Assembly (NCBI GenBank): GCA_965219415.1
Contig: OZ244742.1
Location: 672,001 to 736,000 of the forward strand
Origin: Candidatus Marinacidobacterales bacterium
GTDB taxonomy: Bacteria; Acidobacteriota; Vicinamibacteria; Marinacidobacterales; DATDRI01
Reading direction: 5' to 3'
DNA: 64,000 nt
The notes under the pieces: generated by a model
What the model saw: only the letters and a program-made list of their open reading frames with translations
What the model was told of the DNA's origin: nothing
Databases searched by the model: none
In this document: piece after piece, positions 9,560-19,671 of the stretch
How positions within the stretch are numbered: the first letter of the stretch is position 1
Layout of the letters: the number at the start of each line of letters is the position of its first letter
Translations under genes and position numbers: made by a program

Positions 9560-11293
9560 AGGAGCTCGATCCAGTTACCTTGGCGGTCATTCATAGCGGA
9601 CTGCAGCAGGTCTGCAATGAAATGGATCTGGCCTTCGTACGCGCGGCTTTCAGTCCCGTGATCTCCGAAGCACTGGATCGCTCCGACGGGATCTACCATC
9701 GAGAGACCGGTGAGCTGATTGCACAGGGCGAGTTGGGGCTACCAGTCTTCGTGGGCACGATGCAATTCGGCACCCAGGAAGTCATCAAGCGTGCCAAACA
9801 TCTTCGACCCGGCGACCTCTTCATTGTGAACGACCCCTACCTCGGCGGAACTCACCTGATGGACGTGCGCTTCACAAGACCTTTCTTTTATCGAGGAGAG
9901 CTCTTTTGCTGGCTAGCCCACACCGGCCATTGGCCGGATACGGGCGGTGCGATACCCGGCGGCTTTTCCGCAAATGCGACCGAGGTCGAGCAAGAGGGCT
10001 TGCGTCTTCCCCCCGTGAAGCTTTTCAAAGAAGGAAAGATGGACGAGGAGATCCTGTCCATCATCCTGTCGAACATTCGCATCGCCGATCAACACATCGG
10101 TGACATCAAGGCGCAAGCGGCGGCTCTCACGGTTGGCGAAAGGCGGCTGACGCACTTGTTGGACCGCTACGGCAAGGACGTGGTCGAGGAGTCGATCGTT
10201 GAGCTGAAGAAGCGTGCCGCGCAACAGATGCGCGCCAAGATCGCCCTCATCCCAGACGGCGTCTACGAGGCCGAGTCCTTCGTAGACTCCGACGGCGTCG
10301 TCGACGAGCCGCTTCGAATCGCGATGAAGATTACGAAGCAAGGCAGCGAGCTCACGTTCGACATGTCTGGCTCGAGCAAGCCCTGCCTCGGTCCAATGAA
10401 CAGCGTCATTGCCACGACGAAGTCATCGATCTATCTCGCGATCAAACACATCTTTCCCGAAGTACCTATCAACGCGGGCACGTTCGAGCCCCTCAAGATT
10501 ATCGAGCCCGAGGGTACCTTCCTGCGAAGTTGCCACTCGTTCCGGCCGGAGCCGCGAAGAGTCGCTCAGGGAGTGCTTTGACCAACGCTACGAAGACCGC
10601 CTCCGCGATGCGCTGACCCACTTCGGCGGCGCAGCCAGAAACCGGCCGGGGGTACTCGGCATAGACCCTGGGCGGCTACGACCCCGAGAAGAAGCGCTCC
10701 TACGTCATGTACCTGATCTCGGGAGGCGGCTATGGCGGCAGCCTTCAAGGCTCCGGCCTCTCGAACGGATGTTCGACCATCGGCATCTCCAAGACCACGC
10801 CGCTCGAGGTCGTGGAACAGCGCTACCCGGTGCTTTTCGACGAGTACTCGTTACACGAAGGCTCAGGAGGTGCAGGCAAGGCTCGCGGCGGTTTCGGCGT
10901 CAACTTATTCGGTAACACTCCGACGTGGAAACGCTCGGGCGTCGTTTGTCATGGATCATGGTCGTTACGGACCCCAAGGAGTGTTGGGCGGCGGCGACGG
11001 CGGCGTCAACAGGGTCGTCGTCCGACGTGACGGTAAGGAGTACATTCCACCTCACCTCTCGAAGGATCAAGACATCCTCATCGGTCCTGGTGATCAGGTA
11101 CGCGTTTCCACGCCGGGCGGGGGTGGCTACGGCAATCCCCTTCGAACGGGATCCACAGCTCGTGGCAACTGACGTCGAGCGCGGCTACTACCGTCCGGAG
11201 GAGGCTTCCGAGCTCTTTGGCGTTGTGCTAAGCCCGAATTCGTGCGACATCGATGTCGCAGCCACGAAAACCCGGCGAAACCGGCGGCGGTAG
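9556..11293 (+). pseudogene. Hydantoinase B/oxoprolinase, disrupted by an internal inversion (10525-10665) and frameshifts
   Basis: NDPYLGGTHLMD, HWPDTGG, EGLRLPP, TPGGGGYG; the missing internal segment is found on the opposite strand. Confidence 0.9.
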
Positions 11294-11470
11294 TTATTTC
11301 CCTACTGCGTCTGACCAAAAATACCCACTTTGTGATTTGACGCACGTAAGTGCGCCAAGACTCTCTGCCGGCAAGTCCCTCACCTGTTAGCTCTTTCTCG
11401 ATCTATCAGGTCGTTACCGCCATTGCCGAGCATGGCAGGCTTCTTGCGATCACTTTCGTGAGAGGTAACG

Positions 11471-12253
11471 ATGTACCGAAGAGGAGTTGTTGGGTTTTTC
11501 CTGCTCATGTGTGCTTTCCCCAACAACACTGTCGCACAATGGGTCGATCCGAGTTTGGTTGCCAGCCAGGTCGGCTTCGGTATTGCCACTAGTTTTCTCG
11601 GCAAACTTCTAATTGCGCGCAAGCCCGCCGGCGACGCATTCAAGGAAGCGCTCGTCGAGGGCACCGCTTGGGGTATGGTCGCCCACACCGGGTATTACGT
11701 GACCGGAAGGAACCCCAAGCTTGCGCTCGTCGGCAAGACCATCGCGCAAAAATCTACGCTCATGGGTCACCGATCCATCCGCGGCGAACCGGTGTTCGAC
11801 GAGAGCCTTTACTCCCATTGGGCATTGACCCACTCCTTCGTTTACTTCGAGCTCCATGGAAAGAAACCGAGCGTTCAATTGGACGTGGTGAACGCCAGAT
11901 TCTCAGCGTACTATTTGCTCTCTGATAGGTACGATATGGACGTTGGTCGCACGCTCTATGGCGGAAGCCTGGTGTTTCAAAAAACGGAACCGGATCCGTA
12001 CGTGCGTGGCTTTTACGTTCCGGGCGTCATTTGGATCGATGCCTCCGACATCGACGATGAGACCGTCTTCGCTCACGAGCTGATTCACAGTCTGCAGGCC
12101 GAAAGAGGGTCGACGTTCAAGGATTGGCACTACAAGAGTTTCCGCTTCAACCTCCTGACCCTCGCGAACGGCGCACCGGCCTTGCTGGAGGGCTGGCCCG
12201 ACCACGACGAGCGCCCCCACGAGCGAGAAGCCAGTCTCTACGCCGGGCGCTAG
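11471..12253 (+). CDS. Exported hypothetical protein with an HExxH motif (possible Zn peptidase)
   Basis: Signal peptide, AHELIH, downstream E (HEREA); GAGG RBS. Confidence 0.6.
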   Translation: MYRRGVVGFFLLMCAFPNNTVAQWVDPSLVASQVGFGIATSFLGKLLIARKPAGDAFKEALVEGTAWGMVAHTGYYVTGRNPKLALVGKTIAQKSTLMGHRSIRGEPVFDESLYSHWALTHSFVYFELHGKKPSVQLDVVNARFSAYYLLSDRYDMDVGRTLYGGSLVFQKTEPDPYVRGFYVPGVIWIDASDIDDETVFAHELIHSLQAERGSTFKDWHYKSFRFNLLTLANGAPALLEGWPDHDERPHEREASLYAGR

Positions 12254-12321
12254 ATAGCCCGGTCCGCCTCGGCTTCGCCTCCCACCCGATCTGCATTATG
12301 CTTCCGGGCTGGAGGACCCAC

Positions 12322-13613
12322 ATGAATCAGGACGAGAAGTCGACCCGATGGTCCCGGCGCGAGTTTCTAGGCACTTCCATCGGCGCGGGCGTGCTGAGTC
12401 TAGGAAGCACGCCACGCCATCAAGCCCCGGCGACCGCCGCCGAGCTCGAGCGTCTGGAAGCCGCCTATAGCGACAATATCTACACGCAACTCCTCGATGT
12501 ACGTCCGCACCTGGGAGCTCACGAGCACCTCACCAGACTGGGCGGATCCCGGATGCCACGCGAGGTGACAGATGCGATGGTTCAGGCCAACGACTACTTC
12601 GTCGACATGCACGAGCTCACGGAAGCCGCTGGCAGACGGGTTGCCGAAGTCATGGGAGCGGAGGCAGCTCTCGTCACGTCCGGGGCTTTCTCAGCCATGA
12701 TCTTGGGTGCCGCGGCGTGCCTGACTGGCACCGATCCGGAGAAGATCGACGCGCTGCCTCATCCGACGTGGCCGAGGCGAGACTGCCTCATTCAGACCGC
12801 GCACCGTTTCGAATATGACCGCGCCTATCGAACGGCGGGAATGAGCATTGTCGAGGCGAAGACTCGGGAAGAGTTCCTCGACAAAATCAACGACCGCACC
12901 GCCATGATCGCCGTCTTGACCGCGGTCGAAAAGCAACGTTAGTTCGGTCCACCTCTCTCGCGCGAATTAGCGCATCCCCATAGTTCCGAGGTCATGATGC
13001 CGGAGGAGTTCATCGCAATCGCTAAACGAACCGGTGTCCCCGTCTTGATCGACATGGCTCCGATCTACCGCCGGCGGCGAACCTGACGCGCTTCATCGAC
13101 GCCGGCGCGGACCTCGTCGTGATCAGCGGCGGCAAAGGAATCCGCGGCCCTCAGTCGACCGGCATCCTGGCAGGTCGCCGCGACTTGGTCGAAGCCGCCC
13201 GACTCCATGCCGCCCCCAACGGCAACATCGGCCGCGGTATGAAAGTCGGCAAAGAGGAAATCGTCGGCCTCATCGTCGCCCTCAATCGCTGGATGGCGCT
13301 CGATCACCAAAGGGTCGAGAAGAGCTGGAACGCGAAGGCCAGATGGCTCGCCGATGAGTTGCAGGGCATCCCCGGCCTCACCGCCACCTACGCCATCAAC
13401 ACCGTCGGCTACGCCGACGTCCACATAGAATGGGACGAAAAAATCATCCCTCTCACCCCCGACGAGGCCAAAGAAAAGCTAATGAGCGGCGAGCCTCGCC
13501 TGGCCTACGACGGCGTCACGGTTCGTACCCGATGCTTAAGAGACGGTGAAGAGGCCCTCGTGGCGCGCCGGCTGCGGAAGTTCTTCGAGAGGGAAAGACG
13601 CACGAGTGGATGA
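12322..13613 (+). CDS. SelA-like/DgaE-family PLP-dependent enzyme with Tat signal; internal TAG (12940-12942) and a frameshift near 13058
   Basis: SRREFL, LTRLGGS, GAEAALVTSGA, PVLIDMA, ISGGKGIRGPQSTG, IGRGMKVGKEEI. Confidence 0.8.
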
Positions 13614-13675
13614 CTCCTAAGGACGAAGCGCGGAGCTGGCTCCGACAGTAGCGTTTTGACGCCAGTGGGCTGGTC

Positions 13676-14845
13676 TCATCGGCGCCCCGAGATCCGAATC
13701 CGCTTCCATGGCCCCGCATCGAGCCAGGGCTGGCCGAAGTTCTCGACGCGGAACACCTCGAACTCGATGAACGTTTTTTTCACGACGACCTTCATGAAGC
13801 TCTTGTAATACGGTGGCCGGTCCCTGTTCAGCAAGGCGGCGGGCATCCTCCACTTGATGAAATCGGGCAGGAAGCTCATGCTCCCGGCATCGAAGAAATC
13901 CCTGGAAGCCTCACGACCCGGGTAAACGTCGAAGTCACTCACCCTTACGTCATTGGGTAGTTCCATCTCGGCCGGCTCTGGTATGCCGTCGGTGCGGCTC
14001 AGGAACGCCCCACCTCCACCGTTCACAAAGTGCCAGACATCACGCTCCGGCTCGGCCGTCAGGCTGACTCGATACTGCTGGTAGTTGTGGGTATCTCCCC
14101 CGATCACCGCAAGGTAGCCGTGATTCTTCACGATCTGATCGAGCTCGCTCAGCCGTCGGTCGTGCCTACCGTTAGCGTAGATGGGATCTCCGGTGATCAA
14201 GATCTTCCGCTTCCCCGTTTTGGAAACTCTTCGTAGCCACGCCAACTGATCGTCATCGATGTGAGTTCGGATCCCTGTGTCGACGCAGACGATCCGCAGG
14301 GAGGCGGTGTCTAGGCAGAAGTACATGTTGGGTTGGAAGGTTTCGTTGCACCGGATGGCGCGCATGTCTTTTAACTTGGCCTCGTCCACCGTGCGTTCGT
14401 TCCTCTTTTTGCGATGGAACTGGTTGTCACAGAAGTGGATCATGAAGCCGGTCAGCACGTCGTACCAATCGTGATTGCCCGGGATCGCATAGATGTCTTT
14501 CGGGTAGCTCCGATAGGGCATGTAGAACTTCGAGAGATAGTGATGCGAACGACCTGCCGGGTAGATCACGTCGCTCCCGATGATGGCGAACTCGGTCGAC
14601 TTCCCCTCCTTGATAAGCTTGTCGACCAGCACCAGCTGCGATTGATCGCCTTCGCCAGTGTCCGCCATCAATAGGAAGCTGAATCTCTCGAGATCCGTTA
14701 GATCGAGGATGAAGTCCTCCCCATGTCGCTCCGCCTGGGCTCGAACCCATTCCTTCCGCTTCTTGTCCGTGTTGTCCCAAATGTAGGCAGTGAGATGCCG
14801 GTAGGATCTCAGCCAATTAAGAGGATTTCCCCAAGAGAATGCCAC
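13676..14845 (-). CDS. Calcineurin-like metallophosphoesterase
   Basis: ADTGEG, SDVIYP, PGNHDWYD, GGDTHNYQ. Confidence 0.85.
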   Translation of the reverse strand: MAFSWGNPLNWLRSYRHLTAYIWDNTDKKRKEWVRAQAERHGEDFILDLTDLERFSFLLMADTGEGDQSQLVLVDKLIKEGKSTEFAIIGSDVIYPAGRSHHYLSKFYMPYRSYPKDIYAIPGNHDWYDVLTGFMIHFCDNQFHRKKRNERTVDEAKLKDMRAIRCNETFQPNMYFCLDTASLRIVCVDTGIRTHIDDDQLAWLRRVSKTGKRKILITGDPIYANGRHDRRLSELDQIVKNHGYLAVIGGDTHNYQQYRVSLTAEPERDVWHFVNGGGGAFLSRTDGIPEPAEMELPNDVRVSDFDVYPGREASRDFFDAGSMSFLPDFIKWRMPAALLNRDRPPYYKSFMKVVVKKTFIEFEVFRVENFGQPWLDAGPWKRIRISGRR

Positions 14846-14956
14846 GCCCTCGCCCCCTCTAGCGACGCCAAGATTCTAAGCCAAGCCGACGCCTAATTCC
14901 TCTGTCTTCCTCTGGGAGTACAACGTGATACCATTCGATCCTAAGGAGGCTGGCGC

Positions 14957-16870
14957 ATGAGCAAGCGCTACACACGGCTCACTGAGCCGTTGGTCCGCGA
15001 GAACGGGAAACTTCGGAAATCAAGTTGGGAGGAGGCTCTCGAACGAGCATCTTCGGGCTTCCGAGACGTCGTGGATCGACACGGTCCTCGTTCGTTCGGC
15101 ATGTTCAGCTGCTCGAAGACGACCAACGAGATGAACTTCATCGCTCAGAAGTTCGCTCGTTCGGTGATCGGCAGCAACAACATCGACAGCTGCAACCGTA
15201 CGTGACACGCGCCGAGCGTCGTCGGTCTGGCGACGGTCTTCGGCGCCGGCGGCGGGACCAGCTCCTATCAGGAGATCGAGGAGACCGATCTCATCATTCT
15301 GTGGGGCTCGAATGCCCGCGATACCCATCCCATTTTCTTTCACCATGTCATCAAGGGAGTGCGGGAAGGAGCGCGGCTCTATGTCGTGGATCCGAGGCGA
15401 ACTTCGTCGGCGCGCTGGGCCGATGTGTGGCTGGGACTGGACGTGGGCTCGGACATCGCCCTGGCCAACGCCGTGGCCCGCGAGATCATCGCTGCCGGGC
15501 TCTGCAATCGCACGTTTATCGATCGAGCCACGACGGGGTTCGAAGACTATCGGCGCGAGGTCGAGCCCTACACGCTCGAGCACGCGGAGAAGGTCTCTGG
15601 CGTACCGGCCCAGGCGATCCGTGAGCTGGCTCACGCCTACGCCAAAGCCCCCACCGCTCAGATCTGCTGGACCCTCGGGATCACCGAGCACCACAACGCG
15701 GTCGACAACGTCTTAGCTCTCATCAACCTCGCCCTTCTGACCGGCCACGTCGGCCGCTATGGCTCGGGCTTGAACCCGCTTCGAGGACAAAACAACGTCC
15801 AAGGCGGAGGCGACATGGGTGCCATTCCGAACAAGCTGCCCGGATTTCAGGACGTCGAAGACGACAAGACGCGGGGCAAGTTCGAAAAGCGATGGGGTTG
15901 CAAAATCCCACCGAAGACAGGCTGGCACCTCTCACAGATGTTCGAGGCGATGGAGAAAGGCGAGCTTCGAACGCTATACGTGATCGGAGAAAACCCCGCA
16001 CAGTCCGAGGCGGACGTCCAGCACGCGCGGCGACTCTTGGAAGATCTCGAGCATATGGTCGTGCAGGACACGGTTCTCACCAAGACGGCCGAGATGGCCG
16101 ATGTCGTGCTCCCGGCTGCGGCTGGCTGGGCGGAATCCGAAGGTACGGTGACCAGCAGCGAGCGGCGGGTGCAGCGTGTTCGGAAAGCGCTCGACCCTCC
16201 CGGCAACGCTCGCAACGACACCGAGATCCTATGCGAGATCGCCAAGTGTCTGGGACACGACTGGGGCCAGCCTACCGCCGAGGAGGTTTGGGACGAGCTG
16301 AGAAGCCTCTCCCCGATGCACGCCGGCATGAGCTATCTGCGCCTGGAAGAGCTCGGCGGCATTCAGTGGCCCTGTTTCGACGAGAAGCATCTTGGAAGTC
16401 AGTTCCTCCATGGCCGACTCTGGGAGAAACCGATTGGCGGACGGCCGGCTCCTTTCTCCCCGGTGAAATTCGTGCCGCCGGCGGACGAGCTGACCGACGA
16501 GTTCCCGGTCCGTCTCACGACCGGGCGGCGATTGGACTCTTACAACACGGGCGTTCAGAGTGAAGGATTCCGCTCGCCTCTCCGGGACGGAGAGACGCTG
16601 GATATCTGCCTGCAAGACGGAGAGCGGATGGGAATCACCGAGGGAGAACGAGTTCGCGTGACTTCGCGGCGTGGATCCCTGGAAGTACCGGTTCGGTACG
16701 ACGACGGACTGCGACCGGGTCTTGCGTTCATGACCCTCCACTTTCCTGACGACGTGGATACCAACGTGCTCACCAACGACGTTTGGGATCCAAAATCGGG
16801 AACTGCCGACTTCAAAGCGACCGCAATCCGGATCGAGAAGATCGCAGAGCCGACTCTCAAGGCGACTTAG
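14957..16870 (+). CDS. Selenocysteine-containing formate dehydrogenase catalytic subunit (Sec at TGA 15203-15205), 637 aa
   Basis: ORFs 14957..15205 and 15359..16870 share a frame; NIDSCNRT-TGA-HAPSV is the Mo/W ligand position; LRGQNNVQG motif; SECIS follows. Confidence 0.92.
15217..15235 (+). promoter_or_regulatory. Bacterial SECIS hairpin
   Basis: CGTCGTC-GGTCT-GGCGACG: 7-bp stem with a GGUCU loop, starting 11 nt after the UGA. Confidence 0.85.
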
Positions 16871-16885
16871 TTTCGGAGAGTCACC

Positions 16886-18730
16886 ATGGATCTGAAACTA
16901 CTGCCGGAAGCTCCAACCGCTGAAGAGCGAAGTGCGGTCGAGGAAGCGATCCGCTCGATGAGCGATGCCGGTAGCGCAGACGCCCGGTTGGCACGCGGCG
17001 GCCGTGCCTCAACGCAAGGGAAACGCCACCTACTCCTCCCCGCTCTCCATGCCGTTCAAGGCCAGGTGGGTTGGATCAGCCAAGGGGCACTCAATTACAT
17101 CTGCGAACGCCTGACCGTTCCACCGGCCGAGGCCTTCGGAGTCGCGAGCTTTTACGCCTTGTTCTCGACCGAGAAGCGGCCGCCACGAGTGGCGCATGTC
17201 TGTGACGACATTGCCTGCAAGACGGCCGGCGCGGACGCGCTTTGCGCCGAGCTCAGCCAGAAGCTCGGCCCGCCCGGCAAGACCGCGAACGCGAATGGGC
17301 GGGGTGACTGCACGTGGCTTCGGAGTCCGTGCCTCGGACTCTGCGAACGCGCGCCGGCGGCACTGTTTCAACAAGCAGGGGATGAAGAAGACAGTGTCCT
17401 GGCACCCGCCGACGCCAAAACCATCACGCGCGTCCTTCACGGCGATCCATTGCCTTCCCAACCAGGAGTCGCCGCTCCTCAAACCGTGGAGCCGCGAGAA
17501 CCCAATCTGCGCCTCCTCCGACGTGTCGGCGTCGCCGACCCGGAGAGCTTGTCCGATTACCGGGCCCATGGTGGTTATCGGGCTCTTCAGCAGGCGGTCT
17601 CTATGGGTCCGGAAGGCGTATTGCGAGAGGTGCTCGACTCCAAGCTCGTGGGACGCGGTGGAGCCGCCTTCCCTTTGGGTCGCAAATGGGATGCGGTGGC
17701 GAAGAATCCGGTGCGTCCTCATTACATCGTCTGCAACGCCGACGAGTCCGAACCCGGCACGTTCAAAGACCGCGTGCTCATGGAAGAGGATCCGTTCGCG
17801 ATCGTCGAGGCGATGACCCTTGCCGCGTACGCTACTGGGACCGAGCAGGGATTCATCTACATCCGCGCCGAGTACCCGTTGGCCACCAAGCGCTTGGCAC
17901 ACGCGATCACCACCGCCGGGCGGGCCGGTTTCCTGGGCGACGACGTGATGGGCTCGGGCTTTCGTTTCGAGATCGAGCTACGCCGCGGGGCGGGCGCGTA
18001 CATCTGCGGTGAAGAGACCGCGTTATTTAACTCGATAGAAGGGTTTCGCGGTGAGCCGAGGAGCAAACCTCCCTTCCCAACTCAATCCGGCCTCTTCGGG
18101 AAGCCTACCATCGTCAACAACGTAGAGACGTTGGTCAACACTCTCGACGTTCTCCTCGAAGGTGGACCGGCGTTTGCTCGCATCGGCACCAAGGATTCGA
18201 CCGGGCACAAGCTCTTTTGCGTATCGGGCTCGGTGAAACGCCCGGGACTCTACGAGGTCCCTTTCGGGACTACCCTGCGGCAGCTACTCGAGCTCGCGGG
18301 CGGTCCGCCCGACGGCCACTCGTGGAAGACGCTTCTGTTGGGCGGCGCTGCCGGCATGTTCGTCGATCCCAAACACCTCGATACGCCGATGACATTCAAG
18401 GGTACCCGGGCCATCGGAGCAACCTTGGGTTCCGGTGTGGTGATGGCCTTCGACGAAACGATCGATCTCACCGACATCATCCTTCGCATCGCCGCGTTCT
18501 TCCGCGACGAGTCCTGCGGCCAGTGCGTCCCCTGTCGTGTGGGTACGGTAAGACAGGAAGAGGTCTTGCATCGCCTGGCGCGAAACGGCGAGGCGGGAAA
18601 TCAAAAGACGCTCCTCGAAGACCTCGCGCAGGTCATGCAGGACGCGTCGATCTGCGGACTCGGGCAAACCGCCGCGAGCGCCGTGCAATCGGCGGTCGGC
18701 CTCGGGCTCTTGAACGGAAAAGAGAAGTGA
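16886..18730 (+). CDS. Fused NuoE/NuoF-like diaphorase subunit of NAD-linked formate dehydrogenase
   Basis: CDDIAC, CLGLC, GRGGAAF, NADESEPGTFKD, AYICGEET, CGQCVPCR. Confidence 0.92.
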   Translation: MDLKLLPEAPTAEERSAVEEAIRSMSDAGSADARLARGGRASTQGKRHLLLPALHAVQGQVGWISQGALNYICERLTVPPAEAFGVASFYALFSTEKRPPRVAHVCDDIACKTAGADALCAELSQKLGPPGKTANANGRGDCTWLRSPCLGLCERAPAALFQQAGDEEDSVLAPADAKTITRVLHGDPLPSQPGVAAPQTVEPREPNLRLLRRVGVADPESLSDYRAHGGYRALQQAVSMGPEGVLREVLDSKLVGRGGAAFPLGRKWDAVAKNPVRPHYIVCNADESEPGTFKDRVLMEEDPFAIVEAMTLAAYATGTEQGFIYIRAEYPLATKRLAHAITTAGRAGFLGDDVMGSGFRFEIELRRGAGAYICGEETALFNSIEGFRGEPRSKPPFPTQSGLFGKPTIVNNVETLVNTLDVLLEGGPAFARIGTKDSTGHKLFCVSGSVKRPGLYEVPFGTTLRQLLELAGGPPDGHSWKTLLLGGAAGMFVDPKHLDTPMTFKGTRAIGATLGSGVVMAFDETIDLTDIILRIAAFFRDESCGQCVPCRVGTVRQEEVLHRLARNGEAGNQKTLLEDLAQVMQDASICGLGQTAASAVQSAVGLGLLNGKEK

Positions 18731-19665
18731 CGGACATCTTGACCGGTCCTCCCAAACGTGAGATCGAAATCTCGATCGACGGTGAGAAGGCTCGAGTTCC
18801 CGAAGGGGCGACGATTCTCGACGCCTGCCGGTCGAAGGGCATCGAGACACCGACTCTTTGCTACCTCGAGACCCTGACGCCGGTCAACGCCTGCCGGGTG
18901 TGTGTGGTCGAGCTCGAAGGCTCGCGAACGCTGGTACCTGCTTGCTCGCGAAAGGCCGAAACGAGGGCCACTATTCTCACCGACAGCGAACGCGTTCGCC
19001 TGAGCCGGAAGCTGGTGCTAGAGCTCCTGGCTTCCTCGGTCGACCTCTCGTTGGTGGACAAGGAAACAAAGCAATGGATGGAGCGCTACGAGGTGGAACC
19101 CGCTCGGTTTGGTCCCCCTTCTCCATCGTCCCCCGAAGGACAACGAGACGCGCGACATCCAGGACATCACCATCCGCCCGACGGAGACCGAGCCGAGACC
19201 GTCGCCCAGCCGGTAAAAATCCACGACGAGCTCTACATCCGTGACTACGGGCGCTGTATCCTCTGCTACAAGTGCGTAGAAGCCTGTGGTGAGGATGCCC
19301 AGAATACTTTTGCCATCTCGGTGGCGGGTCGCGGCTTCGACGCGCGCATCTCGACGGAGTTCGACCGCCGTCTCGATCAGTCGGCCTGCGTCTACTGCGG
19401 CAACTGCATCGGGGTTTGTCCCACCGGTGCGCTCATGTTCAAGTCCGAGCACGACATGCGCAACGCCGGCACCTGGGACGAGAGTCAGCAGAGCGTCACC
19501 CGAACGGTGTGCCCCTACTGTGGCGTGGGTTGTAACCTAGAGCTCCGCGTCCAGGACAACCAAATCGTAAAGGTCACATCACCCCAAGATCACAGCGTGA
19601 CCAACGGCCACCTCTGCATCAAGGGCCGTTTCGGCTGGCAGTACGTTCAGAACCGAGACGAATAG
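18727..19665 (+). CDS. NuoG-like 2Fe-2S/4Fe-4S subunit carrying the molybdopterin-oxidoreductase Fe4S4 domain at its C-terminus
   Basis: GTG start overlapping the upstream stop; PTLC, ACRVC, CILCYKC, CVYCGNC, CPYCGVGC...LCIKGRFG. Confidence 0.9.
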   Translation: MTDILTGPPKREIEISIDGEKARVPEGATILDACRSKGIETPTLCYLETLTPVNACRVCVVELEGSRTLVPACSRKAETRATILTDSERVRLSRKLVLELLASSVDLSLVDKETKQWMERYEVEPARFGPPSPSSPEGQRDARHPGHHHPPDGDRAETVAQPVKIHDELYIRDYGRCILCYKCVEACGEDAQNTFAISVAGRGFDARISTEFDRRLDQSACVYCGNCIGVCPTGALMFKSEHDMRNAGTWDESQQSVTRTVCPYCGVGCNLELRVQDNQIVKVTSPQDHSVTNGHLCIKGRFGWQYVQNRDE

Positions 19666-19671
19666 ACCCGC

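Noticed and set aside
12322-13613. True selA
   Set aside because: Tat signal and SGGK motif fit the SelA-like/DgaE group; no selB or selC adjacent
18217-18726. Upstream extension of the Fe-S subunit ORF
   Set aside because: Overlaps the NuoEF gene out of frame; the real start is GTG 18727
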